From the NCBI RefSeq assembly GCF_028368995.1, contig NZ_JAQNDL010000001.1, forward strand, positions 1,152,001-1,216,000: a stretch of 64,000 nucleotides of DNA, in the 5' to 3' direction. Below are positions 40,833 to 51,381 of this stretch, piece by piece (the first letter of the stretch is position 1; each line of letters starts with the position of its first letter). Below the pieces are notes generated by a model. That model did not search any database and was not told where the DNA came from. It saw only the letters and a program-made list of their open reading frames with translations. The stretch comes from Nannocystis bainbridge. Lineage in GTDB: Bacteria > Myxococcota_A > Polyangia > Nannocystales > Nannocystaceae. A program made the position numbers and the translations under genes.

Positions 40833-41780
40833 GTGCACCTTCGACGCCTCGGTCTGTTCGCAACGCTCGCACTGCTGATTACCGCCTGCGGTGAGGACAA
40901 GGATCCGCTGGCGACGGTCGGGGGCAGCGGGGCGTCGGCGTCGGGCGCGGGGCCGTCGTCGGACGGGAGCGGGGCGTCGAACTCGAACTCGGCGGGCAGC
41001 GACTCGGACGGCAGCGGGTCGGCGGGCGGGAGCACGGGCGACGATCCGACGTCGGGCGGCGATCCGACCGGCGGGGCGATGGGCGACCCGTACGAGACGT
41101 GCCAGGACTACATCGCCTGCATCGCGGTGACGACGCCGAACGCGCTGCCGGACGCGCAGTCGGGGTTCGGCGAGGGGGCGATGTGCTGGAGCGGGTCGCC
41201 GGTCGACGCGGAGCTGTGCGGGAAGGCGTGCGCGACGGGGCTGTCGCAGTACCACGAGATGTTCCCCGACGAGCCGGCGTGCGATCCGTGCGCGCTCGGG
41301 GGCGAGTGCCAGAGCGGGGCGGGGACGTTCCTGCTGGCGATCTCGACGCCGCTCGGGCGCGAGCTGCCGTTCCAGTTCATCGTCGAGGGCGCGGTGTCGG
41401 GCGATGGGCCGCTGGCGCTGAGCGTGCAGTCGCTGTCGCTCGACATGAGCCGCGTGACGGCGCCGCGGCTGCCGGTCGGCGAGGTGCACATGCTCAACAG
41501 CGACGCGTCGGACGGCAACTTCGTGCTCGCCACGGGTGCGATCATGATCCCGGGCGAGGCCAACCCGCTCTTCGGCGTCCCGGTGGTGGTCGACGCCATC
41601 CTGAGCGGGAAGCTCGTCGGGACCGACAAGTTCTGCGGGGAGGTCACGGGGGCGGTCGTGGAGCCGGTCAGCCAGCCGCTCGACGGCTCGACGTTCGCGG
41701 CGGTGCGGGTGCCGAGCGCGAGCGAGCTGCCGCTCGACGTGGAGATCGACTGCCCGGGGCAGAAGGTGACGGACCCGTGA
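40833..41780 (+). CDS. Cys-rich lipoprotein
   Basis: Lipobox LALLITAC, Ser/Gly linker, CQDYIAC...CW...CGKAC motif and a beta-rich C-terminal domain. Confidence 0.75.
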   Translation: MHLRRLGLFATLALLITACGEDKDPLATVGGSGASASGAGPSSDGSGASNSNSAGSDSDGSGSAGGSTGDDPTSGGDPTGGAMGDPYETCQDYIACIAVTTPNALPDAQSGFGEGAMCWSGSPVDAELCGKACATGLSQYHEMFPDEPACDPCALGGECQSGAGTFLLAISTPLGRELPFQFIVEGAVSGDGPLALSVQSLSLDMSRVTAPRLPVGEVHMLNSDASDGNFVLATGAIMIPGEANPLFGVPVVVDAILSGKLVGTDKFCGEVTGAVVEPVSQPLDGSTFAAVRVPSASELPLDVEIDCPGQKVTDP

Positions 41781-42419
41781 GGCGTCAGCCGGGCGGGACG
41801 CAGACCTTGTCGACGGAGGAGGAGTCGTTGTCCTCGATGCACTCGTTGAGGACGCCCTTGCCCATGCCGTCGTCGTCGGCGACGGCGTAGACGCTGACGG
41901 ACCTGAAGCGGCGCCGACGCCGAAAGATCGACCCTTCCCCGCGGTGGTGTTCTGGAAGGGCGTCGACGGCGGCAAGAGCAGGCAGGTGCTCCACATCGAC
42001 TGGAAGCCGCATTTTCTCCGCCGGGTAGGCACGCGCGCGAAGCCGGGCATGGAGTGGGCCGTTCGCCCAGAGCAGCGCAAGCGCATCAGGGGCACTGCGC
42101 CGTTATGTCTGGCTGGCGGCTTCGCGGCTACCACGACGCGAATGGGGTTGAACACGTCGAGATCAAGGTGCGCGCATTACCCAGTCCCGCACGTTTTTTC
42201 TCCAACTTGTGCCCGCCGGTGGCCTTCGCGCCAGCGGGACCGGGCCCCCCGTATCAAGCGTGTTCTTCGGTGAAGCCTCCGCCGTCGCCGGCCAGCGCCA
42301 AGGCTCACCGAATCCGGGGACGGGCCACTCGTCCCACCGGCGGACCACCTAGTCCTGCACGATGGGCCGCCTGCAGGCAGCGATCGGCCGGGAACCCGGA
42401 AAGGGCTGAAGCGCGGGGT

Positions 42420-42887
42420 TCAGTACCCGAGGAACTCGAGCTCCTCGTCGCTGAGCTTGTGCAGGGGCTGGCGGGACTTGACCTCGCCGGTCGTCAGGTC
42501 ATTGTAGAGCTCCATGTCGGGAATGTTGCGCAGGATGAGCTCCATCTTGCGGATCTGCCCGCGCTCCGAGTCGATCATCTCCCGCTCGCGGATGATGTTG
42601 GCGATGACTCCGGCGGGGACGACGACGTCGTGCTTGGAGTCGCCCTGGGCTTGGTATGAGACGAAGCCCGAGTCGTTGTTCTGGAACTGGATGACCAGGG
42701 TGGCGAGGCGCTCGGCGTCGATTTGGTATTCCTCGCGGATGCGCCGCATCCGGGCTTCGCGCTCCTCGATGTTGGAGGCGATTTCCTTGACCTTCTTCTG
42801 CATCGCTGCGCGGATTTCGGGGGTGGTCTTGATATTATAGCGGACGGAATCGAACATGTCCGCGGGTCTGTCGACGCGATGGCCCAT
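42420..42887 (-). CDS. Hypothetical coiled-coil protein
   Basis: GGAGG RBS, strong codon bias, ends HKLSDEELEFLGY. Confidence 0.75.
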   Translation of the reverse strand: MGHRVDRPADMFDSVRYNIKTTPEIRAAMQKKVKEIASNIEEREARMRRIREEYQIDAERLATLVIQFQNNDSGFVSYQAQGDSKHDVVVPAGVIANIIREREMIDSERGQIRKMELILRNIPDMELYNDLTTGEVKSRQPLHKLSDEELEFLGY

Positions 42888-43019
42888 GGTGTGCCTCCAG
42901 GAAAGCATACGAAGCTACCGCGGTTAAGAAGTTTCAGCCACGCATTTCTCCGCTTCTCCCGCGCCGGCGATCGCCTGACCGTGGCTCGCGCGTCGACATG
43001 CGGCAGTGAACGGCGCGAC

Positions 43020-43320
43020 TCCGGCACGGCCGGTGAAATCGGTGGCATCACGCGGACCACCGTCAAGACCTGGCAGGACCTGGGCTTCCTGCCGGTGCCG
43101 CTCAAGCGGTCGCTCGGCATGGGCGGCGGCGTGTTCAACCGCTATCCGGCCTGGGCCGTGCCGCGAGCACGCTTCATCGCCGAGAAGCGCGCCGCCGGCT
43201 TCACCTACGACGAGCTCCGCGTGATGCTGGCGAAGGCGGACGCGGAGGCGAGCCGCAAGGCGAAGGCGCCGAAGCCCGAGGCCGCCAAGCCAGCGAAGAC
43301 CAAGGTGAGCAAGGCCGCAC
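43020..43320 (+). pseudogene. MerR-like HTH DNA-binding protein fragment
   Basis: GITRTTVKTWQDLGFLPVP...NRYP...RAAGFTYDELR with a Lys/Ala tail; no clear start or stop. Confidence 0.6.
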
Positions 43321-43394
43321 GCGTGGCTGGCCCAGGCGCTGCAGCTCACGGGTCGCGTCGACGACCAGGCCGAGCTCAAGAGCGACCTCCAGGA

Positions 43395-43540
43395 GAACAT
43401 GTCGACGGCCCGACGCGCGCGCGCGGTGGCCGAGCTGTGCGGCGAACATGTCCAGCGCCCGCGATCGATGGCCGAGCCGTGGGCCGGCGAACATGTCCGG
43501 CGGCCCGACGCCCGCGCGCGGTGGCCGGGCTGCAGCGGCG
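43395..43540. repeat. Three imperfect 45-49-bp intergenic direct repeats
   Basis: gaacatgtc at 43395, 43444 and 43489, each followed by tggccg[a/g]gc. Confidence 0.75.
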
Positions 43541-43710
43541 CTCATCACATCGGAGTGGGAGCTGGCGGCGCTGGGGTGTTGGCCGGCGCGCGGGGTGGCG
43601 CGAAAGGAAAGGTCTTCGACACGCCGACGTGCAGCGGCTCCACGCTGCCGAGGCCGTGGCGCTCCTTCGCGGGTTCCCACGCGGTTGCCTTCAAGGTAGG
43701 TTGGCCCACG

Positions 43711-45060
43711 ATGAGCGCGCTGCCCGATCTGGCTGTGACCGGAGAACAATACCGCGAGGTACCATTGCACGGCGATCCCCTGGTGGCCGCCGCCGGGCTG
43801 ATGGCCGGGACATCCACGTGCAACCGGTTATTGTACGAGCAGGACGGCCAGTTTTGCATCGGCCTCGGCACCAGGGCCGAGCTGCTCGTCGACTCTGGCA
43901 CCGTGCGAGTGCGGCACGGTGCGCGCGCCGAGACCATGGCATGGCAGGACAATCCGCTGCCTTGGATGACCACGCTGCTCGAACAACTGGACATCCCGCG
44001 CTGGTCTGCGTTCGGCTGGGCCAGCTTCGAACTCGCCTACGCCATGGCGGGTCTGCCGGTGGCCGACGATACGCTGTTGCTCCGCCTCGTGGTGCCGGAT
44101 GTCGAGGTTCGGGTGCGACCCGGCTCGGCCGCCGTGCGCGCGGCGACTACCGAGCAATTGGAAGCGGTGGAGGCGCTGCTACGGCGACCCGTGGCCGACC
44201 GCACGCGGGAGCCGGCGCCCATCGCAGTGGATGCACCGGATCCGCAATACACCGCTGCAGTGGCCGACTGCGTGGCGGCGATCCAGGCAGAGCAGCTGGA
44301 GAAGGTGATCCTGTCCAGGGAGGTCACCGTGTCCAGTCCGGTCGACCTGCTCGGCAGTTATGTGCACGGTCGCAGGCACAATACGCCAGTGCGGTCATTC
44401 GTGATCGACACCCCGGAGCTGACCGCGATGGGCTTCAGTCCGGAGATGCTGGTGGAGGTCGGATCCGACGGCGTGGTGCGCACGCAGCCGCTGGCCGGCA
44501 CCCGGGCGTACACTGGCGATCCGATCAAGGACGATCGGCTGCGGCACGAGCTGACCACCGACGCGAAGGAGATCTACGAGCACGCCATCTCGGTGCGGCT
44601 CGCCTGCCAGGAGCTGGATCGCATCTGCTTTGCAGGCAGTGTCGCGGTGCGCGATTTCATGACGATCAAACAACGCGGCCGGGTGCAGCACCTCGGGTCC
44701 GAGGTCAGCGGAACGCTGCCGCCGGTCGGCCCTCACGACACCGCCATCGCCCGGTCCTGGCGCGCGTTCGGGGCGCTCTTCCCGTCGGTGACAGCTTCTG
44801 GCATCCCGAAGGCCGCCGCGTACCGAATGATCCGTGCGCACGAGCCTGCGCCACGCGGGCTGTATGCGGGCGCAGTGTTCACCACCGATCATTCGGGTGC
44901 GATCGACGCGGCGCTCGCGCTTCGCACCGCCTTCCGCTCCGGCGGCCGCACCTGGCTGCGTGCGGGCGCGGGAATTGTCGGACAGTCCCGCCCCGAGCGC
45001 GAGTTCACCGAGACCTGCGAGAAGCTCAGCAGTGTCGCGGCCTATCTCGTCCGGCCCTGA
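43711..45060 (+). CDS. Salicylate synthase (MbtI/Irp9-like chorismate-binding MST enzyme)
   Basis: EKVILSR, GFSPE, TQPLAGTR, KEIYEHAISV, VQHLGSEV, LFPSVTASGIPK, RGLYAGAV, LRAGAGIV, REFTETCEKL. Confidence 0.88.
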   Translation: MSALPDLAVTGEQYREVPLHGDPLVAAAGLMAGTSTCNRLLYEQDGQFCIGLGTRAELLVDSGTVRVRHGARAETMAWQDNPLPWMTTLLEQLDIPRWSAFGWASFELAYAMAGLPVADDTLLLRLVVPDVEVRVRPGSAAVRAATTEQLEAVEALLRRPVADRTREPAPIAVDAPDPQYTAAVADCVAAIQAEQLEKVILSREVTVSSPVDLLGSYVHGRRHNTPVRSFVIDTPELTAMGFSPEMLVEVGSDGVVRTQPLAGTRAYTGDPIKDDRLRHELTTDAKEIYEHAISVRLACQELDRICFAGSVAVRDFMTIKQRGRVQHLGSEVSGTLPPVGPHDTAIARSWRAFGALFPSVTASGIPKAAAYRMIRAHEPAPRGLYAGAVFTTDHSGAIDAALALRTAFRSGGRTWLRAGAGIVGQSRPEREFTETCEKLSSVAAYLVRP

Positions 45061-45344
45061 CGTCGCCGATGAACAAGCCGGGCACATGCGCGATACGCGT
45101 GATGCTCGGCGGGTCGCCTGGACGATGCGCCGTCCTGGCCGGACCTGCGGCCGCGATCCGCTGGCGGTCCAACGACTTGGCCTGGGCCAAGCTTTTTGGA
45201 GACCTCCCCAGGATCCGCTTCGACGCCGTTTGAGCCCTGCCGCCAAGGTCGTGCGCGGGCGTCAAGGGTACGCCCACTGCGCTCCTCACGGATGGCTCTG
45301 CAGGGCCGATCCGGAGCACCCTGCCGAGCGCCGAATAGATCCGC

Positions 45345-45403
45345 GATCTGATGGTGGCCTACTTCTGGCGAGCAGAGGTGGCCTACTTCTGGCCAGCGGC
45401 GAA
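45345..45403. mobile_element. IS21-like terminal segment with tandem internal repeats
   Basis: ggtggcctacttctggc repeated twice at 24-bp spacing. Confidence 0.55.
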
Positions 45404-45525
45404 GCGAGCTCCGCGACTCGTGCTTCAAGCTCGGCAATTCGGCGTTCCTTGGCCTCCAGTTCGCTCACAGAGGCAGGAGAGCATTTTCGCGCGCCCTGCA
45501 AGATTCTCGGCCCGTGAACGGTTAC
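45404..45525 (-). mobile_element. IS66-family left end and transposase start remnant
   Basis: End reads GTAACCGTTCAC on the minus strand, followed by VSELEAKERRIAELEARVAEL. Confidence 0.6.
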
Positions 45526-45567
45526 AGCCGTTGCCACCCTGTGCATCACCATGGTAAGGGCTGTGGC

Positions 45568-46131
45568 ATGAATGCAATGGACGATTTCCTCGAGCGCAAG
45601 CTGGCGAGACGCTTTCGTGCGCACGATCGCGATGGTAATGGATATCTACAACGACAGGACTTCGAGCTGTCCGCAGTGCACATGGCCGAGGAATTCGGCC
45701 ACGGGCCGGAGTCTCCTGCCCGAAAGAGGCTCGTCGAGATCAGCCTGGGCTTGTGGGATCACCTGCGGAAGGTCGCCGACTTCGACGCCGACGAGCGCAT
45801 CAGCCTGGACGAGTACAAGGCCGCATTCGCGGCAGGCATGCTCGAGACCCCCGAGACGTTCGATCAGAGCTATGTCCCTTACATCAACGCAGTGATGGAC
45901 ATCGCCGATCAGGATCACGACGGGAGGCTCACCGTCTCCGACGAAATCCGCTGGATGGGAACGCTGATGAACATGCCTGAGCAGGTCACTCGCGCCGCGT
46001 TCCAGCGCATCGACAAGGACGGCGACGGCTTCATCACCACCAGGGATCTGCTGGAGACCATTCGCGCCTACTACTTCGACGACTCGCCCGACGCGCCCGG
46101 TCACTGGTTGCTCGGCTCGCTCTATCCGTGA
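45568..46131 (+). CDS. EF-hand calcium-binding protein (calerythrin-like)
   Basis: Four EF loops: DRDGNGYLQRQD, DFDADERISLDE, DQDHDGRLTVSD, DKDGDGFITTRD. Confidence 0.9.
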   Translation: MNAMDDFLERKLARRFRAHDRDGNGYLQRQDFELSAVHMAEEFGHGPESPARKRLVEISLGLWDHLRKVADFDADERISLDEYKAAFAAGMLETPETFDQSYVPYINAVMDIADQDHDGRLTVSDEIRWMGTLMNMPEQVTRAAFQRIDKDGDGFITTRDLLETIRAYYFDDSPDAPGHWLLGSLYP

Positions 46132-46976
46132 TCGCGTCCGCTCGCGCGGTGCTCCGGTTTACGGCCCCAGACCTGAAAGTAGAGGTGCGAGACCACCAGC
46201 GTGTCGGGGTCATCGCAATGGCGTTTGAGGTCTCGCAAAAGCCCGCCGAGCTCGGCTTCTCCGACAAATCCGCCGCTGACCAGTGCAGCGCGGACATTTT
46301 GGACGAAGTCGAGAAAGATGTGTCGGCGGTTATGGCCGTGCGGGTAGATGTGGATCACCGGATTCACCCGGAGCTCCACGAGCCCGGCGTCACGCAGCAT
46401 CCGGTGGATCTTTCTTCCCACGAACAGGTCGACGCCCTTGGCGCGGGAATACGCCTGAAAGATCTCGAACAGGCGATCCCAGGCGGGTGAAGGCGGGTCG
46501 CACAGGTGCGGGAGATAGTCCGCCTCATGGCTCGCTAGCACGCCTCCTGGGCGCAGCAGGGAGACCATCGCCTCGACGACCTGTTCCGGCCGTGGGACAT
46601 TCACGAGCACCAATCGACAGAACACCACGTCGAACGATTCTCTCGGCAGGCCGGGCGCCCTCGCGTCGCCATGTACGACCTCGACATTGGTTCGCTGCTG
46701 CTTTGCGACATGCGCGCGGGCCGAAGCGACGAAGCTCTCGTTCCTGTCGAGACCGACCACGGTCCCGGTCGGTCCCACGCGTTCGGAGAGCAGCTCGAGC
46801 GCCCCCTGCGGACCGCAGCCGAGCTCGATCGCCCGTGCGCCCGGGCGAATCTCCAACTGGTCGAGCAACCACCGGGCCTCCCCCGCGAGATCCTGAATCT
46901 GCTTGCGGAGACGCTCTTCCTCCCGCTGGCTGTCCCCCAATAGATACGTTTCGGAGTCCCTCGATTCGCTTTCCAT
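46122..46976 (-). CDS. Class I SAM-dependent methyltransferase
   Basis: IELGCGPQG, VVGLD, HGDA, SFDVVFCRLVL, LRPGG. Confidence 0.9.
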   Translation of the reverse strand: MESESRDSETYLLGDSQREEERLRKQIQDLAGEARWLLDQLEIRPGARAIELGCGPQGALELLSERVGPTGTVVGLDRNESFVASARAHVAKQQRTNVEVVHGDARAPGLPRESFDVVFCRLVLVNVPRPEQVVEAMVSLLRPGGVLASHEADYLPHLCDPPSPAWDRLFEIFQAYSRAKGVDLFVGRKIHRMLRDAGLVELRVNPVIHIYPHGHNRRHIFLDFVQNVRAALVSGGFVGEAELGGLLRDLKRHCDDPDTLVVSHLYFQVWGRKPEHRASGRDHG

Positions 46977-47169
46977 AGACCTTCACGTCATCGACGACGG
47001 TAGGAGTGGTTGACTCGCCATGGCGGTGGATGCTCGCACAGCCGCGGCGCGAACTCAACCCCTCGTTCTCCGCCCGGATTCGCGGGGCCGATGAGGACTT
47101 CTGGACTCCGAATACTGCGGTGCCGCAGCTCGCGGCACCCCTCGGGCAGGTGGGCCTCGTGCGTCCGAC

Positions 47170-47275
47170 GCTTGCCCGGCGTCGTGCGCTCGTGCGGCAG
47201 ATGGTGATGTCAATCCCAAACACGCGGGCGAGAAGCTTGGCTCGACCGATGCGACGCGGCCGGGACGAAGTCTCC
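47170..47275 (-). mobile_element. IS91-like (Y2) transposase C-terminal remnant
   Basis: RRIGRAKLLARVFGIDITIC resembles the W(A)xLLxRVFxxD..C motif. Confidence 0.5.
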
Positions 47276-47279
47276 GGCA

Positions 47280-47779
47280 CGTCGTCCGACTTCGCGCAAG
47301 GCACGGTCGAGCGACGCAGCATCGGCCAGCGGGCTGTACATATAAATCTCTTCATCCGGGCCTGCCGGTGCGAAGGCAGCCTCTACCAAGACCGAGGTGT
47401 CGGCGCGAAAGAGCAGGAATTTTCCCCGCCGCGCGAGGCGATTTGTGAACAACGCGGCCCCGGCGACCTGAGCCGTCGCGGGCAGCCCCCGCGCCATTGC
47501 CGCGAGCTCTTCGTCGACGGCTTTCGGAAATTTCTCGCGGTCCCGATGGAGCTGGTCAGCGATCTTCGACACGTTCTCCCGGTCGCTCGACGCGAGCCAA
47601 CTGATGATCGTATCCCAGCTCTCGGCCTCCTCGCCCGCGGGCGCCGTCTCGTTCGCATAGTAGACGAGGACCTGGGGCCGCAACGACTCCTCGTTGCCGC
47701 AGGACGCGAGGGCGTAGGCGAACATCGCCGCGGCCACCAGCACCGCTACGAGCGGCACGACGAGTCCGCATCCTCCCAT
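47280..47779 (-). pseudogene. Lipoprotein-like gene, 3' truncated
   Basis: Hydrophobic leader ending ALASC, then QVLVYYANET; runs into the IS91-like remnant. Confidence 0.55.
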
Positions 47780-47802
47780 GCGCCTCTTGTCTCCGATGCT
47801 CG

Positions 47803-48134
47803 ACTACAAATGCTCGCCCGCAAAGCCCAAGCTCGCGGCGCTTTTGCCGAGCCCGTCCTTGTCGCCCGATTCGGGATCCTTGTCGAGCCCATCCTTAGTC
47901 GCCCAATTCGGGATCCTTTTCGAGGGCGTACATCATCTTGCGTCCGACGAGCGACCCGCGCACGTCGACATCAGGGGTCCCAAGACTGACCCTCACCAGG
48001 TGATCTTTGCCTAGAGCGCCAGCCACATGGATGAGCGTGCCATAGATGGCCAGGAAGATCGACCCGTATGCGACGACAGCTCTTGAGAATCGGCGCATCA
48101 CTGGGAGCTTGAGTGGTTGGTTTAGGGTCGTCAT
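47803..48134 (-). pseudogene. Small TM protein with repeated KDPExGDKDGL, apparently frameshifted
   Basis: MTTLNQPL...KDPELGD*; one extra base separates it from KDGLDKDPESGDKDGLGK... Confidence 0.4.
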
Positions 48135-48722
48135 GTCTTCGCCTCTTCTTTTTCTTCTTCCAAACTTCTGTTTGTATTGGGTTGGCAGGCACGGCCTTGC
48201 CGCTTGGGATGTCCAGACCTGTAGTCTAATCGACGGTGCGACGGAACTACGTAAGTATGGCATCAACGTTCATCGAGGCCGCGCCGTGCTCGAACTTTGA
48301 CCGGTCTGCAAATACTTGGATGCGAGCTGGACCGCGCAAGTACTCCAACGGAGAAGGCCGGCTCGCTGACTTCAGCGGTAGCGACCGATCGCCCGCCACG
48401 ATGGAGCGATGATTCCGTCCTCGTCGGTGATGTCATCAAGCGGGCAGCGGCCTCATGCGGGCTATCAGGGGCGGCATCCCCCTTGGCCCCCCGACCTGGT
48501 CTAATCCACGCCGCGCGGACAAGCATGTGCCGGCAGCCTGGTCGACCGACCGGCCCGCCGAGAGCGCTGAGCTGGCGAGTTGGTCGAGTGGCGCCGTTGG
48601 GTCGAGTCGCGCCCGTGCCGGACGTGGTGACTGTCCGGCCGGACGGGGAGGCGGAGCCGCGCTGAACCCCAGCCTGCTTGCTTCCCGCCGCGTGCGGGCC
48701 ATCCTGAGCCCGGAGACACGTC

Positions 48723-50003
48723 ATGCCTCGATCGACGACTCAGCGTCCTCCCGTGAATAGAGCCTCGCCTGTGAACGGCGGGGCTCGGCCGGGGCCGGCA
48801 TTTGCGTATGGCGGGCTCATCGCCTTGTTGGCGAGTCCGCTGGCGCTCCTCGCCGGCGACGCTCGGGCGGGCGGCGGCGCGCCCGAGCACGGCCCCGGCG
48901 CCGCCATCGCGGAATGCTATGAGTTCACCGTCATCCCCCCGCTGGGGATCGCGGGCGAGAGCGGTCAGCGGCTGGTGGACCTCAACGAGAACGGCGTCGT
49001 CCTGCTCCACGCGCTGCCCCACCACACGCCGTGGTACCGCGGCGATGCCCAGCAAACCGCGTTCGTCTTCGCGGGGAAGGTCCGGCCCGTCGTCGTCGAC
49101 GGCCTGCTGCAGACTCGCGCGGTCGACATCAACGATCGCGACGAGGTGCTCGTGTTCGGCGCGAAGAACCCCGGCGTGCTCCCGGAGTGGAGCGAGGCGG
49201 TGATCTGGAGGCACGGCGAGCTCGTGGCCCGGATCGCTAGCCCGCCGGGCACCGCCTTCACCGACGGGGCCATCAACGAGCGCGGCCATCTGGTGCTGGA
49301 GACCCGGGCCCCGCGGGTCTATCGCTGGCGCGGCCAGGCGCTCGAAGATCTCGACATGCAGCATTTCACCGTCTTCAACGACGCCGACGAGGTCTTCGAC
49401 GACGCGGGCACGAAATGGGGCGACCACCGGTCCGAGCTGCCGACCACCTGCTCCGAGGTGCGGCACCTCGACCTGAGTATCAGCCGCCACGGCACCCTCG
49501 CCGGCATGCTGTACTGCGACGATCTGGACTGGCCGAACGCGGTCCTCGTGACATGGCCCGAGGGCCAGTTCACTCGGCTCGCGGACGAGACGGAATGGAC
49601 GGAGCTGTGGGGGGTCACCGACCGTGGCGACATCATCGGCGAGACATTCGACGACTTCGTGCTTCCGGTGGCATGGCGCCACGGCGAGACGGTGCGCTTG
49701 CCGCGGCCGCCGTCCACCTACGCCGGGTTCTACGCCGACATCAACGAGCACGGCCTCATGGTCGGCGCCTTCGATCGCCGCGAAGCGGTCGACTTCGAGG
49801 GCGACGACCCCGACTCGTACCTCTTCGCCGTCAGCGACGGCACCCGCGTGAAGCAACTGCCGCTGCCCGACCCCCTGGTCGGATACCTCGACCCGATCGC
49901 CGGCATCAACGACCGCGGCGACATCGTCGGGTGCGTCGACGACATGGGATACGATTACCGCACGATGATCTGGCTGCCGCGCCCCGCGGCGGCTTGCCCG
50001 TGA
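48723..50003 (+). CDS. Secreted HAF-repeat-like beta-propeller protein, paralog 1
   Basis: Signal-like segment; DLNENG, DINDRD, AINERG, DINEHG and GINDRG repeats. Confidence 0.8.
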   Translation: MPRSTTQRPPVNRASPVNGGARPGPAFAYGGLIALLASPLALLAGDARAGGGAPEHGPGAAIAECYEFTVIPPLGIAGESGQRLVDLNENGVVLLHALPHHTPWYRGDAQQTAFVFAGKVRPVVVDGLLQTRAVDINDRDEVLVFGAKNPGVLPEWSEAVIWRHGELVARIASPPGTAFTDGAINERGHLVLETRAPRVYRWRGQALEDLDMQHFTVFNDADEVFDDAGTKWGDHRSELPTTCSEVRHLDLSISRHGTLAGMLYCDDLDWPNAVLVTWPEGQFTRLADETEWTELWGVTDRGDIIGETFDDFVLPVAWRHGETVRLPRPPSTYAGFYADINEHGLMVGAFDRREAVDFEGDDPDSYLFAVSDGTRVKQLPLPDPLVGYLDPIAGINDRGDIVGCVDDMGYDYRTMIWLPRPAAACP

Positions 50004-50017
50004 CATGGAGACATGAC

Positions 50018-51283
50018 ATGATCGACGTCGCTCATCCATGCATTCGTCGAGGTCAGGCGCGCCCGTCGCTCGCACGACGGCTGTCCGCAGGGTTGCTCGT
50101 GGCGGCCGCGCTCGGCCCGGGGCGCGCCGTCGAGGCCGGCGGCTCGACGCTGGCCACCTGCTACGAGGTCACCGTCGTCCCCGCGCTCGAGCTCGACATC
50201 GACGGCAGTCGCACGCTGATCGGCCTCAGCGAGTCCGGCCGGCTGCTCATCGACGTGGAGGAAGTGTCGCTCGACGACGTCAGCGTCCTGGCGACCGTCT
50301 GGACCGGCGCCGAGGCCCATCCGATCGTGGTCGACGGGCTCGTCGACACGTTCTCGCAGGGCATCAACGAGCGCGGCGAGGTCCTCGTATTCGGCGACCG
50401 TGGGGCGGACTCCAGCCAATCCCGGGCCGTGCTGTGGCAGGACGGCGCCGTACTGGCCGAGGTCAGCGTCCCCGAGCACTCGTTCCACCGCGGCTGGCTC
50501 AACGAACTCGGCCACGCCGCCCTGCAGACGATCGCCATCTACGCGAACGAGGGCGTGTTCTACCGCGCGTGGCGGTGGCGCGACGGCGAGCTCGCGGCGC
50601 TCGACGACAGCGACCTCGAGATCCTCGCGTTCGACGACTACGACGGGGTCTACGGCTTCGATCGCGACGCCCGCGAGTTCGTGCGCTGGGGCGGCGCGCG
50701 CACGGTCCTGCCGACCGGGTGTCGGCCCGAATCCGAGGACTATTCGCTGTATGTCAGCGACAGCGGCAGGCACGTGGTCGGGTCGTTCCGCTGCGGAGAC
50801 ACCTGGCACGCGGTGCACTGGACGGGCGGTCAGGTGAGAGAGCTCGAGCATCCTGCTGGCGAGATCCGCGTGCGGGGCGTCAACGACGACGACCACATCA
50901 TCGGCAGCCGGAGGGGCGGGCAAGGCGAGTGGATCCCGGTGCAGTGGAGCAGCGACCTCGAGCTCGCCGAGATCCCGAGCCTGGGGCACGACGGCGCCTA
51001 CTTCGACATCAACAACCACGGTCTGATGATCGGCCGCTACTACGATGAGTCGGGCGGCGAGATCCACGCCTATCAGATCAGTGACGGCCACTACGTCGTC
51101 GCGCTGCCCTACCCGCCGGGCGCGGACTTCGGGCACGACGCCTACGACGTGGGCCCGCCGCTGGTCAACGACCGCGGCGACCTCGTCGCCGACACCCAGG
51201 ACGCCGACTGGGCTCACCGCGCGCTGTCCTGGCGGCCCGCGCCAAGCTGCGGCGCTCACGATCGTACGGGCTCACGAGAGTGA
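50018..51283 (+). CDS. Secreted HAF-repeat-like protein, paralog 2
   Basis: GGAG RBS; GINERG, WLNELG, GVNDDD, DINNHG and LVNDRG repeats. Confidence 0.8.
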   Translation: MIDVAHPCIRRGQARPSLARRLSAGLLVAAALGPGRAVEAGGSTLATCYEVTVVPALELDIDGSRTLIGLSESGRLLIDVEEVSLDDVSVLATVWTGAEAHPIVVDGLVDTFSQGINERGEVLVFGDRGADSSQSRAVLWQDGAVLAEVSVPEHSFHRGWLNELGHAALQTIAIYANEGVFYRAWRWRDGELAALDDSDLEILAFDDYDGVYGFDRDAREFVRWGGARTVLPTGCRPESEDYSLYVSDSGRHVVGSFRCGDTWHAVHWTGGQVRELEHPAGEIRVRGVNDDDHIIGSRRGGQGEWIPVQWSSDLELAEIPSLGHDGAYFDINNHGLMIGRYYDESGGEIHAYQISDGHYVVALPYPPGADFGHDAYDVGPPLVNDRGDLVADTQDADWAHRALSWRPAPSCGAHDRTGSRE

Positions 51284-51381
51284 GATCGCCGCGATCCGCC
51301 ATCCTCGAAATGACCCGCATCGAGGTCGTTGATCCCACTCTCGACGTCGCTTACCGTCACGCGCGCTCTGCTTCCACCCCC

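Noticed and set aside
43395-43540. Possible mini CRISPR array
   Set aside because: Repeats are imperfect, the would-be spacers resemble each other, and no cas genes are present.
42723-45233. 836-aa ORF
   Set aside because: Chimeric read-through; only the short MerR-like segment is protein-like, and the rest is off-frame over the salicylate synthase.
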